Of a stretch of 64,000 nucleotides of DNA, positions 1 to 9,841 are shown one piece after another (the stretch's first letter is position 1; every line of letters starts with the position of its first letter). The notes below the pieces were generated by a model. That model did no database searches, was not told the DNA's origin, and saw nothing but the letters and a program-made list of their open reading frames with translations. The DNA comes from an uncultured virus (IMG/VR IMGVR_UViG_3300024999_000047) (lineage: Duplodnaviria; Heunggongvirae; Uroviricota; Caudoviricetes), in the IMG/VR virus record IMGVR_UViG_3300024999_000047; one strand, written 5' to 3'. A program made the position numbers and the translations under genes.

Positions 1-32
1 AAGAAGAAATTAATAATCAAACTTCAAAAGAA

Positions 33-1265
33 ATGTCTGAAGAAGAATCTCAAGAAGTAATAAATAAACTTTTAAAAAATTTTAATAATGAATTTAATAC
101 TGTTAGAAAATATATTGATAATATAGACATAAAGAAAACTGGTCGTAGAATTATAGAAAGTTTAGTTAGATATGGTGCTTATTGCGGATTTGAAAAGAAT
201 GATGGTAACTTTCCTTATTTATGGGATTTGCCTATAAAATATGTTAGATTATATTCGATAAAAAACGGACAATACGCAGTAGAATTTAACTTCAAATATT
301 TTGAAGATTTAAATAGAGATAATGAATTATCTGAATTTGCATGGAGTATTTATCCTGATGAATTTAAAATATTATATGATAGATATAAAACTAATTCAGA
401 TAGATTAAGATATCCAGAATGGCAACCTTTACCTAGTGATAAAGTATGTTGTATTAAATTAGGTGGAGATAATGATACATTTTTCTTACCATTGTATAGT
501 CAATTATTTACTGAGTTATTTTTATTAAATGATTTAGTTGATGAAGAGATTGAAAGTTCTAGGGATGAAAAGTTAAAAATGGTAGCAATTACCTTCCCGC
601 ATGATGAGGAGTCGGGGATTCCATTGGTAGAACCTGATGTTGTCCGTCAATGGGTTGAAGTAGTTTCTCAAGGGTTGCCCGATTCTGTCTGTGTGGTGGG
701 GAGTCCTTATAAATTAGAACAAATTCCTTTTAAAAGTGTCCAAAATGAAAAAATTAGTCTAATTGAATTTTCTAAATCAATGGCATATATGCAAGGAGGA
801 GCAAATCCATTGCTTTTAGGTGGTAGTTCTACTAATTCATCTGTAGGCATTACTCAAAATCTAGTATATATGCAATCTATAGTTTTTAATATGTTAGATA
901 AAATACAAAGTTGGTTTAATTATCGTATTAGCAATGTTAATTTGCGTAAAAAATACACATTTAGATTAAATATTTGGAAGATAACTTGGTATAATCAAAA
1001 AGAACAGATTGAAAATGAGTATAAGTTAACTACAATCGGAGGATCACTTAATATATTGTCTACTAAATGTGGTCACTCGTCAGATGATTATAATGCAACT
1101 CTTATATATGAAAATTTAATTAAATCTAAAGATTTATGGATTGCTCCTCTTAATATGAATCAATCTGGAAATACAGATGATAAAGGTGGTCGTCCAACTA
1201 TTGAAGATGGTGATTTAAGTGACGGAGGGATTATTGCCAGAGATGGCGAAACAAATAAAAGATAA
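33..1265 (+). CDS. Phage portal protein (SPbeta-like), 5'-truncated by the window edge
   Basis: Frame is open from position 3. Lies upstream of the protease/capsid genes. C-terminal GGRP motif and size fit a portal. Confidence 0.75.
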   Translation: MSEEESQEVINKLLKNFNNEFNTVRKYIDNIDIKKTGRRIIESLVRYGAYCGFEKNDGNFPYLWDLPIKYVRLYSIKNGQYAVEFNFKYFEDLNRDNELSEFAWSIYPDEFKILYDRYKTNSDRLRYPEWQPLPSDKVCCIKLGGDNDTFFLPLYSQLFTELFLLNDLVDEEIESSRDEKLKMVAITFPHDEESGIPLVEPDVVRQWVEVVSQGLPDSVCVVGSPYKLEQIPFKSVQNEKISLIEFSKSMAYMQGGANPLLLGGSSTNSSVGITQNLVYMQSIVFNMLDKIQSWFNYRISNVNLRKKYTFRLNIWKITWYNQKEQIENEYKLTTIGGSLNILSTKCGHSSDDYNATLIYENLIKSKDLWIAPLNMNQSGNTDDKGGRPTIEDGDLSDGGIIARDGETNKR

Positions 1266-1290
1266 ATTTTAATTTAAGGAAGTGTTTAAT

Positions 1291-1461
1291 TTGAAACCTT
1301 TTTATTGCTATAGTAATAGACTTAAAAAGGAATTATTAAATATAGGTGAAAGATATATTGCTAGAACATTAAATGAAAATACAAATAGATATTGTTGGGT
1401 ATTTATGAGAACTGAAACATTATGTGAATATTTAACAAAACGTAAACAAGGACTGGTATAA
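1291..1461 (+). CDS. Small 56-aa protein (DUF5659-like), leader of the endonuclease gene; not in ORF track
   Basis: AAGGAAG then TTG start. Reads MKPFYCYSNRLKKELLNIGERYIARTLNENTNRYCWVFMRTETLCEYLTKRKQGLV. Same pattern as the ORF at 56492. Confidence 0.7.
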   Translation: MKPFYCYSNRLKKELLNIGERYIARTLNENTNRYCWVFMRTETLCEYLTKRKQGLV

Positions 1462-1510
1462 TAATCAGTTCTTTTTTAATTTAAAATAATTTAATTTGGA
1501 GGATGATATT

Positions 1511-3037
1511 ATGAGTAATAAAGTTAATTGGAATAGTGAACAAATAGAATTTATTAAAAATAATTATAATAATATGACTTATACTGAAATAGGTAATTTA
1601 TATAATGTATCAGAAGGTTCAGTTTGTTTATTGTGTAAAAAATTAGATTTAGTAAAAAATAATAAATGGAGTAATGATGAAATTGAAATATTAAAAAATA
1701 ATGTTGATTGCACTATTGAACAATTATTGGTATTATTAAAAAATAAAACTAATATATCAATATATAAAAAATTAAAATATTTAGGTATTAATGCAAAATT
1801 AATAAATGAAGTTTGGTCAATTAATGAAGATAAAATACTAATTAAGGCATCTGAAAATTGCAATTCAATTGAAGAGATAGAAACTTTATTGCCAAATAGG
1901 TCAATACGTGCAATATCTAATAGATTTTATAAACTTGGTTTAAAATTAAAACAAGTCGAATGTTTATTAATTACTAAATTAGATGGATACGGAAAAGGCA
2001 AATCAAAGTTATCTAATTATAGACGTAAATTTGGTATTATTTTAGATAAATCTTTAATAATTGATACATATGACATAATTCAATGGTGGAAATGGACATA
2101 TTATAGTACGCCTAATGGAAAACAATTGAAATGTATACCTCTTGAATTAATTAATTTGAATAATCTAAATATATTACTCAGATATGTTATTACAGAAATA
2201 ATTGGATATAAAACAAGAGAACAGATATTGCAATTAGATTTTAAAACTTTTAGTAAATATAGAATAAGTTTTCATCATTTTTATAAAAGTTCTTTAATTG
2301 ATTATTTAAATTTAATTTTCCCAGAATATAATATTAAACCATTTGAATTAAAAAATGTTCCTCTTGGTTATTGGCAAGACGTGAATAATTGTGATGAATA
2401 TATGGAGTATGTTTTAAAAAATTATTTTCATGTAAATGAAATGAGAAATATTAAGCAACAGATTCCATCGTTTTTTACATTTAAAAATATCAGATTACTT
2501 GGTTATAGTAAATTGGCTTGTTGTATAACTGAAAATAAACAATATTCTTCATTTTATGAATGGTTAAATAAACTTCATCCAGAATGGAATTTAACATCTG
2601 ATGATTTTAAGGAACATATAGCTTTTGATGGTAGTAAATTAAATTCTAATGAAGAAGTTTTAATTTATACTTTTATGAAAAAATATTTTAATTTAAATAT
2701 AAAAGCAATAGGATTAAATAAATCTAAATATAAATTTCATAATATAATATCAAATGAAAATTATATACCAGACTTTTTTATTAAACATAATGATAAAATA
2801 ATTATTATTGAATATTTTGGGTTATTTGATGATAATTGTAAAGATCTTAATAATTCAATGTTTAAAAATTATTATTATAAAACTTTAAGAAAAGTTGAAT
2901 ATTATAAATCAAATCCAGATATTTATTTTATAGACCTTTATCCTACTGATCTTAAAAACAACTTTGAAGGTGTTAGAAAAAAACTAACATCTTTTTTTAT
3001 GTCTAATTTTAATATTAATTTAAAGGAGGCATCATAA
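1511..3037 (+). CDS. Free-standing homing-endonuclease-like protein (Myb/SANT-like repeats plus C-terminal PD-(D/E)XK nuclease)
   Basis: GGAGG then ATG at 1511. W-S-x-x-E repeats; C-terminal YIPDFFIK...IIEYFG. Confidence 0.7.
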   Translation: MSNKVNWNSEQIEFIKNNYNNMTYTEIGNLYNVSEGSVCLLCKKLDLVKNNKWSNDEIEILKNNVDCTIEQLLVLLKNKTNISIYKKLKYLGINAKLINEVWSINEDKILIKASENCNSIEEIETLLPNRSIRAISNRFYKLGLKLKQVECLLITKLDGYGKGKSKLSNYRRKFGIILDKSLIIDTYDIIQWWKWTYYSTPNGKQLKCIPLELINLNNLNILLRYVITEIIGYKTREQILQLDFKTFSKYRISFHHFYKSSLIDYLNLIFPEYNIKPFELKNVPLGYWQDVNNCDEYMEYVLKNYFHVNEMRNIKQQIPSFFTFKNIRLLGYSKLACCITENKQYSSFYEWLNKLHPEWNLTSDDFKEHIAFDGSKLNSNEEVLIYTFMKKYFNLNIKAIGLNKSKYKFHNIISNENYIPDFFIKHNDKIIIIEYFGLFDDNCKDLNNSMFKNYYYKTLRKVEYYKSNPDIYFIDLYPTDLKNNFEGVRKKLTSFFMSNFNINLKEAS

Positions 3038-3038
3038 T

Positions 3039-3224
3039 TTGTCCTTCATATACTGTTTTGATGAACAAGAAAAACATAAACTTCAAAAAGAATTAAAGTT
3101 ATTTCAGGAATCTAAAATTGATAATAAACAATGTTGGATTTTTATTATTGATATTAATAATAAATTTAATTTTAATCAAATTGATAAAAGCAAATGTGTT
3201 GTCAGTAATAAATTAATGTTTTAA
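3039..3224 (+). CDS. Small phage head-module protein
   Basis: AAGGAGG plus TTG; lies between portal and protease. Confidence 0.65.
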   Translation: MSFIYCFDEQEKHKLQKELKLFQESKIDNKQCWIFIIDINNKFNFNQIDKSKCVVSNKLMF

Positions 3225-3250
3225 AAAATTATCAATAAAGGTGGTGAAAT

Positions 3251-4996
3251 ATGAATAAACATTCTAGTTTAAAGGTGAAATTTAATAATGATTTTGTACA
3301 AGTTAATAATTCTGAATTTGTTGAAGGTACTGCTTTAATTGCATATCAAGGAGATAATAGAAATTTATCTGATATTACAGAATTAGCATTTACCAATGCA
3401 ATGCCTAGTTTGTCATTAATACCTATAGTTGGTAATTGGTTGCCTGATAAACAAAATTTCGGTGGACATGATATTGCAATTGAATGGCAAGGCAATACTC
3501 TAGTATTAAAAGATAAAACTGTTCCTTATGGTGTAGTAAAAGAAAATCACAATGCACAATGGATTGAACTTGATGATAATGGAGTAATACATAAATATCT
3601 TCAAGCAGATGTTGTACTTTGGGCAGGTAGGTATCCAGAACAAATACAAAAGGTCATTGATGATGGAATTAATCAAAGCATGGAAATTTCAGTAAGTGAT
3701 TTTTCAATTAAAGAGAGTGGAAACTTCCAGATAAATTCATTTGAATACTCTGCACTTTGTTTACTTGGAAAAGATATAAATGAGAATGGAGAAATCGGTG
3801 AAAATAATGTAGATCCTTGTTTTGAACAAGCATCAGTAGTAGTAAATAAATATAATTTTAATGAACAATTTAAATCTCAGTTTAATAATTTGCTATTTGA
3901 ATTTAATAATCAAATTAGCAATTTAGTTAACACTTCCGTTGAAGGAGGTGATAAAAAAATAATGACAAATGAAGGAGGTAATGATATGGAAGAAAAAATT
4001 AAACTATTGGAACAGTATAATCTTACTTTAGATTCTTTTAATTTTAACATAGAAGAATTTTCTATCGAACAATTAAAAGAAAAGATTAATGAACATTTTG
4101 CTCTATTAGCTTCTCAAAAACAAGAAGAAATTGCAAACGCTTTAAGAGTAGAAAAGTTTAGAGATAGATGGGGAGATGAATGTTCAAAGTATTCTTATAC
4201 AGAACACAATGATACTGAAGTTTTTACTTATGACAGACAAGAAAATTGGAATTTATATGGATTTGTTTATACTATGAGTGGAGATAAAGTTATTATAGAT
4301 TTTGAATCCAAAAAAAGAAAGAAATTTGAAATAGTTGATTTTGTTGAAGGTGATATGGCATTTGAATTATTTCCAAAAGAAGCAGTTGAATATGAATTAT
4401 CAACAAAAGAAAAAGAATTGCAAGAGAATTTTTCTATTGAGAAAGAATTTGCTATTAAAGAAATTCAAGATAAATTTGATGTGCAACCTGAAATTGGAGA
4501 ATTGAATTTAAAAATATCTGAATATGAAGAAAATAATATTTTATTGACTGAGCAATTTAATTCTGTAAAGAATGAAAATGAAATTATTAAATCAAAAATT
4601 GAAACTATTCAATCAGAATTCAATTCTCTAAAAACAGAAAATGAAACACTTATTAGTTCAAATGAAATTCTTACTCAAACTAATACTTCCCTTCAAGAAT
4701 TTAGAACAAACATTGAACAACAGCAACAAGAAGCATTTGAAGCACAACAATTACAACTTAAAGCAGAATTAATTGAAAACTTCTCTAAAATATTAACTGC
4801 TGAAGAAATTAAAACAGTAGAAGATAAAAATTTATCACTTGAAGATATGGATAAGGAATTTAAACTTATGTTTGCTTCTAAAGAATTATCTGCAAAATTT
4901 GCAAAGAAACCTAAAAAAACTGATACAGAGATTCCAATTTTTAATTTTTCACTTAAGAAAAAAGAAGATTGGACTTCATTAATACCTAAGAAATAA
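3251..4996 (+). CDS. Prohead protease/scaffold protein
   Basis: N-terminal NFGGHD...QSMEI...FEYSALCLLG...PCFE motifs, acidic coiled-coil C-terminus, position upstream of capsid genes. Confidence 0.75.
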   Translation: MNKHSSLKVKFNNDFVQVNNSEFVEGTALIAYQGDNRNLSDITELAFTNAMPSLSLIPIVGNWLPDKQNFGGHDIAIEWQGNTLVLKDKTVPYGVVKENHNAQWIELDDNGVIHKYLQADVVLWAGRYPEQIQKVIDDGINQSMEISVSDFSIKESGNFQINSFEYSALCLLGKDINENGEIGENNVDPCFEQASVVVNKYNFNEQFKSQFNNLLFEFNNQISNLVNTSVEGGDKKIMTNEGGNDMEEKIKLLEQYNLTLDSFNFNIEEFSIEQLKEKINEHFALLASQKQEEIANALRVEKFRDRWGDECSKYSYTEHNDTEVFTYDRQENWNLYGFVYTMSGDKVIIDFESKKRKKFEIVDFVEGDMAFELFPKEAVEYELSTKEKELQENFSIEKEFAIKEIQDKFDVQPEIGELNLKISEYEENNILLTEQFNSVKNENEIIKSKIETIQSEFNSLKTENETLISSNEILTQTNTSLQEFRTNIEQQQQEAFEAQQLQLKAELIENFSKILTAEEIKTVEDKNLSLEDMDKEFKLMFASKELSAKFAKKPKKTDTEIPIFNFSLKKKEDWTSLIPKK

Positions 4997-5033
4997 TAAA
5001 ATAATAAAATTAAATTTAAGGAGGAATAATTTT

Positions 5034-5585
5034 ATGGCTAATGTAAATAATGTAGCAACTGGTAAGTATGGCATTGTAAATCTTCGTAAAGTAGCAGGTG
5101 TGAAAACAGGTGAGCATAACATTCAATATGCTTTAAATGCAACTGATTTTGCTGCTACTGCTTGTCAAAATGGTTTCCTTTTAGTAGAGAATCATTATGG
5201 AAAAACTCTTGATCTCCCTTCTGCTGCAACTGACAGAGTTGGTTTAGTGGCATGTGTAGAAAAAATGTATGATGAAAGTGATATGTCTTTAGGTAATTTT
5301 AGACTTAATCTTAATGAATATTTGCCTAGAATTTATCGTATGAAAATAGGTGATATGTTCGATACTAATAACTTTAAATATGATGATGGAGATTATGCTA
5401 ATTATGCTGCTATTGTAGCTGCTATTACTGCTGGTACTCCAGTATATGCATATCCTTCCACTAATGGTCAAATTGAATTAGAACCTATTCAAAATGCTGG
5501 AGCTGCTGTTGAATTACAGGCAACTAGAGTTGTAACTTTACCTGCTGGCGAAGCTGGTTTAATGTTCGTCTGCACAAAAAGTTAA
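5034..5585 (+). CDS. Capsid decoration/cement protein
   Basis: Strong RBS; lies between scaffold and major capsid; beta-rich. Confidence 0.65.
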   Translation: MANVNNVATGKYGIVNLRKVAGVKTGEHNIQYALNATDFAATACQNGFLLVENHYGKTLDLPSAATDRVGLVACVEKMYDESDMSLGNFRLNLNEYLPRIYRMKIGDMFDTNNFKYDDGDYANYAAIVAAITAGTPVYAYPSTNGQIELEPIQNAGAAVELQATRVVTLPAGEAGLMFVCTKS

Positions 5586-5658
5586 GTAGTAATAAATTAT
5601 AAATATAATAATATTAAATATAAATTATAAACATAAATTAAAGGAGGAATATATAGAT

Positions 5659-6660
5659 ATGGAAAGGAAATATTTTGAATTAGCCAAAGCTACATATAAT
5701 AGAAATGATTCAATTGTAGATGATGTTGTATACACTTCTGCTGAAAAAAATGAGGCATTAAGAAATGCTTTTAAGGAATTAGTACCTGATGGTAAAAATA
5801 GGTATAAAAGTTTCAGAAATAACAAGAATGAAATTTTTGAACTAATCGAAGAAAATGTTGATGAAATTCTGCCAAAAAGAGTTGATGATGCTTATGGTGG
5901 TTTTGTTGAGTATCAGATTTTAGATCAAGGACAAAAACCTAAATTTAAGACTAAAAAAGGTAAAAGAGGTTTACTTAATTTTATTACCAAAGTTGGTTTA
6001 GGTGGTGTAATTGAAAGAACAAGATTAGATGTTGATTATATTAACATGACTATGGAAGCATTTGGCGGTGCAGTATATGTCGAATTTGAGCGTTTTTTAG
6101 ACGGCGTGGTGGATTGGACTGATTTAATTAATGCTATCGTAGATGGTATTATGGAAAAAATCAATCTTCAAATTCAAACTACTTTAATTGCTTCATTCAC
6201 TGGTTTGTCTGCTAATATGAAAGTACAAGCTAACTCTTTTGTTCCTAGTCAAATGGGACAATTAATTACCAATGTACAATCTTATGGTGATAACGTAGTT
6301 ATTTTCTGTACTCCTACTTTTGCAGGTACTATCGAAGAAACTCCTGGATTTGTAAGTGATATGGATAGAACTGAACGTAGGGAATTTGGTAGAATTGGTA
6401 AATTTAGAGGTGCTAGTGTAATTGTATTACCTAACGCTTTTGCCGATGATACTAATAATAGTAAAGTATTGAGTGACCAATATGCTATTATTGTTGCAAC
6501 AAATGAAAGTAAAATTGTTAAAGTAGCATTTGAAGGTGAAACTATTGTAAGAGAAACTGAAAATGCAGATATGAGTATAGATTTCGAATCCTATAAAAAG
6601 TTCGGAATTACCATAGTTTACAGTAATTGGTATTCGATGTATAGAAATACTAGTTTGTAA
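5659..6660 (+). CDS. Major capsid protein
   Basis: 333 aa, strong RBS, followed by a terminator; synteny and HK97-fold-like C-terminus. Confidence 0.8.
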   Translation: MERKYFELAKATYNRNDSIVDDVVYTSAEKNEALRNAFKELVPDGKNRYKSFRNNKNEIFELIEENVDEILPKRVDDAYGGFVEYQILDQGQKPKFKTKKGKRGLLNFITKVGLGGVIERTRLDVDYINMTMEAFGGAVYVEFERFLDGVVDWTDLINAIVDGIMEKINLQIQTTLIASFTGLSANMKVQANSFVPSQMGQLITNVQSYGDNVVIFCTPTFAGTIEETPGFVSDMDRTERREFGRIGKFRGASVIVLPNAFADDTNNSKVLSDQYAIIVATNESKIVKVAFEGETIVRETENADMSIDFESYKKFGITIVYSNWYSMYRNTSL

Positions 6661-6700
6661 TCATTATAATTTACTATTAATATTATAAATATAATTATTT

Positions 6701-6731
6701 AATAAAGGAGTGAAATAATCACTCCTTTATT
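6701..6731 (+). terminator. Intrinsic terminator after major capsid gene
   Basis: AATAAAGGAGTGA-aataa-TCACTCCTTTATT followed by a T-rich tract. Confidence 0.75.
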
Positions 6732-6759
6732 TTATTATCTAAAATTAAATTAGAAAGAG

Positions 6760-7577
6760 ATGATTATATTAGAAACAATTAATTCGCAAATTATTACAAG
6801 TAACACTAATAATTCTGGAATCTATTTAATTATAAATTTACAAAATAATAAATTTTACGTTGGAAGTGCAGTAAATGTTAGAAAAAGGAAAAACAAACAT
6901 TTACAACAATTAAGAAAGAATAAACACGATAATCAATATTTGCAAAATTCTTTTAATAAATATGGTGAAAATAATTTTGTATTTTTATTATTGAAGATGT
7001 TCCTGATAAAAATAATTTAACTACAAGAGAACAATATTGGATAGATACATTAGATGCTTGTAATAAAAAGATTGCTTATAATATTTTACCAAAAGCTAAT
7101 AGTACATTAGGATATAAACATGGTTCAAAATCTACTGAAAAACATCGTCAAGCAGGATTAAACTTATCTCCAGAAGCAAGAAAGAAAATTGCTGAATCTA
7201 AATATAAACCAGTTATTCAATTAACTCTTGAAGGTGAATTTATAAAAAAATGGAATAGTATTAAAGAAATATGTGATACATTAGGATTTGATCAACCACA
7301 TATTTCTACATGTTGTGCTAATAAAAATAATGTAAAACAACACAAAGGATTCATATGGATATGGGAACATTTTGATATTAATAATTATAAAAGACCATAT
7401 AAAAATAATAAAGGTAAAATTACTTTACAATATGATTTAGATGGTAATTTTATTAAAGAATGGTTAAATGCTAAAACAGCATCTAGAGAGTTAGGATTGG
7501 AATATACATCAATAACTGAATGTTGTACAGGAAAAATTAATACTTCTCAAGGTTTCATATGGAAATATGTTTCATAA
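6760..7577 (+). pseudogene. Frameshifted GIY-YIG homing endonuclease with two NUMOD1-like domains
   Basis: SGIYLIIN...FYVGSA in 6760-7020. The -1 frame from about 6990 continues IEDVPDKNNLTTREQYWID...KPVIQLTLEGEFIKKW...GFIWKYVS to a stop at 7577. Confidence 0.85.
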
Positions 7578-7646
7578 AAACATTACAAATATAAATTAAG
7601 TAAACAACAATAAAACAAAATAATATAAAAAGGATGATTTATTTTT

Positions 7647-8174
7647 ATGGCAAAAACAATTCAATCTAAAAATCAATCAAACGATTTCAACACAATCGAT
7701 CCAGACACAAAAGTTAGAATAATTAACAATTCCAACTCTAGAATTCATTGGATTCAATTAAATGGTAGACCTATTAATTTAATGAAAATTGCTGCTCCTG
7801 CTTCATTGCCTTATGTAGAATTAGAAAATATGGCATATACTAGTGATTTAATTCAAACAGGAGATATTTATGTTCCAGATAAAAAAGTATTTGATTCATT
7901 AGCAATTCTAAATTTGAAACATGAAGATATTAAATTACATTCTGAATTAAAACGTATGTTAGCAAATTTAGAAGCAGAAGAATTGAAAGAAGAAATTTCA
8001 AAACTTCCAGATGGTAATAAAGAATTATTAGCTGAATTAGCAATTGTTGATTATGATAATTTAAGAGGTTCTGTTGTTAATACCATTGAGGATGAGACAA
8101 AAGTTAAAATTTCTCTTATGAAAGAAGATGAAAAAGCTAATAAAGAAAACCAAGAGAAAAATAAAATAAAATAA
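7647..8174 (+). CDS. Phage head-associated hypothetical protein
   Basis: RBS; position after the major capsid gene. Confidence 0.55.
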   Translation: MAKTIQSKNQSNDFNTIDPDTKVRIINNSNSRIHWIQLNGRPINLMKIAAPASLPYVELENMAYTSDLIQTGDIYVPDKKVFDSLAILNLKHEDIKLHSELKRMLANLEAEELKEEISKLPDGNKELLAELAIVDYDNLRGSVVNTIEDETKVKISLMKEDEKANKENQEKNKIK

Positions 8175-8196
8175 ATAATGAAAGTAGTTTGATATT

Positions 8197-8634
8197 ATGA
8201 CTATTTCTTATGATTTAATTTTTCAGAAGTTTATGCATGAAATTAATGATTTTGATTTAACATCTTTAAATGAAGAACAAATGTTAATAGAAAATAAATT
8301 AACTCTATCTAAAGCAGTGTCTTTATTTAAAAAATGTAAGCAATCATTAACTAGAGATGATGAAGATGAAGAATTTACAAATGACTTAACAGAAGAAGAA
8401 CAATGGATAATTGCAGATTATATGAGAAAAGTTTGGTTAGATGAAAAAATAAATAATGGTGAATTGTTAAAATTAAGATTGACAGATAAAGATTTTAAAA
8501 CTTTTAGTCCTGCTGATTTATTAGGGACTATGAGTAAATTAAAATCAATTTATGACAAAGAATTAAAATTAAAAGTTAATGATTATCTATATGATGGTTA
8601 TTTATACTCTAAGTTTTATAAATCAGGTGGTTAG
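8197..8634 (+). CDS. Putative head-tail adaptor
   Basis: Size, synteny and DFKTFSPA motif. Confidence 0.6.
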   Translation: MTISYDLIFQKFMHEINDFDLTSLNEEQMLIENKLTLSKAVSLFKKCKQSLTRDDEDEEFTNDLTEEEQWIIADYMRKVWLDEKINNGELLKLRLTDKDFKTFSPADLLGTMSKLKSIYDKELKLKVNDYLYDGYLYSKFYKSGG

Positions 8635-8666
8635 GAGTGATTATATTTTAGAAGGGAGATTATATT

Positions 8667-9296
8667 ATGAGTGAATTTAATTTAAAGACAGTTAGTGAAA
8701 ATTCAATAACAAGCGATATTGTGCAAGGAACAATTAAATCAAAGATTAAATTTTTGCCATTAGCTTCTTCTGCGATTTCAGGTGTTGATTTCCATAAGTT
8801 ATTTGCAATTGGTGATGTAACAGGAACAACAGCTTATGGATTTGGTGATCCGACAAAACCGACTACGGGTATTATGGGCAGTTTTGGTAGAACAGTTATT
8901 GCAACAGGAACTCCAACTGATACAGGTTTAGATATTAGAGTTATAAATAAACTTGTAAATACAGGAGCGAATACAATTCAAGGTGCTTATATTAAGGCAA
9001 AAAATTATACTGGTGGAACGGTAGGTATAGTTAAAGGTTTATTTGTAGAAGTGGTTAATGATGGAACTGCAACAACTGTATTAGGTATTGAAATAGGTTC
9101 TGATGGTACTGTACCTACAGCAGATGTTAAATTTAGTAATGGTGCATATTTAGTTGCTTTATCAACTGCAATTACAGTAAATGTAACTACTACAAATGCT
9201 CCTGCTGGGTCTCTTGGATTTACAACTAACGCAACAGGTTTAGGGAAATTATTTATGTCTGATGGTTCAAAATGGCAATACGCAGTAGTAGCATAA
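8667..9296 (+). CDS. Putative virion structural protein (G/T-rich, beta-rich)
   Basis: RBS, amino-acid composition, location in the neck region. Confidence 0.5.
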   Translation: MSEFNLKTVSENSITSDIVQGTIKSKIKFLPLASSAISGVDFHKLFAIGDVTGTTAYGFGDPTKPTTGIMGSFGRTVIATGTPTDTGLDIRVINKLVNTGANTIQGAYIKAKNYTGGTVGIVKGLFVEVVNDGTATTVLGIEIGSDGTVPTADVKFSNGAYLVALSTAITVNVTTTNAPAGSLGFTTNATGLGKLFMSDGSKWQYAVVA

Positions 9297-9321
9297 TATC
9301 ATTTTGGAGGATTAAAGTTTA

Positions 9322-9489
9322 ATGACAATTGAAACTTTAAATGAACGTATACAATTGCTACTTGCTCAAAAACAAGATGCAACTGATAGGATTAATCAAG
9401 CAATGGGAGACTTAAACGCAATTAATGGGGCGATTCAAGAAGTTAATTTTTGGATTAATTATATAAATAAATTAAATAAGGGGGAATAA
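9322..9489 (+). CDS. 55-aa coiled-coil protein; not in ORF track
   Basis: GGAGG RBS. Reads MTIETLNERIQLLLAQKQDATDRINQAMGDLNAINGAIQEVNFWINYINKLNKGE. Confidence 0.65.
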   Translation: MTIETLNERIQLLLAQKQDATDRINQAMGDLNAINGAIQEVNFWINYINKLNKGE

Positions 9490-9494
9490 TTATT

Positions 9495-9773
9495 ATGGCT
9501 AATATAACTGGGTATGTAAGTAAAAAATTGACTGCAAATCAGGCAGAACAAAGTGTCGCTCTTAATGTGAATGAATTTTATCTTATTAACAATACTTCAG
9601 CAAACATAGTTACGATTAATTTAGATAATGCAACAAATGAAGATAATGCTATCGAATTAGCTGCTGGTCAAAGTATTGAAAACTTTAAAGAATATTGTAA
9701 AGTATTATATTATAAAGCAACAGCAGATGCATCTACATTACAAATTATTGCTAAAAGAGAAAAATCTTATTAA
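9495..9773 (+). CDS. Small beta-sandwich virion accessory protein
   Basis: RBS; beta-strand pattern; followed by a terminator hairpin. Confidence 0.5.
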   Translation: MANITGYVSKKLTANQAEQSVALNVNEFYLINNTSANIVTINLDNATNEDNAIELAAGQSIENFKEYCKVLYYKATADASTLQIIAKREKSY

Positions 9774-9774
9774 T

Positions 9775-9802
9775 TTAAAAGGGAGATTTTTCTCCCTTTT
9801 AA
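9775..9802 (+). terminator. Intrinsic terminator
   Basis: TTAAAAGGGAGA-tttt-TCTCCCTTTTAA. Confidence 0.65.
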
Positions 9803-9841
9803 TAACTTGTAGAGTTTTAAAATTTAAAGGAGGTTGATATA

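Noticed and set aside
6661..7640. Group I intron hosting the GIY-YIG gene
   Set aside because: Flanking genes are complete and I saw no intron core elements; the gene is free-standing.
9223..9231. Additional cassette site CAACTAACG
   Set aside because: Partial core only, in a different frame context, with no matching right site found.
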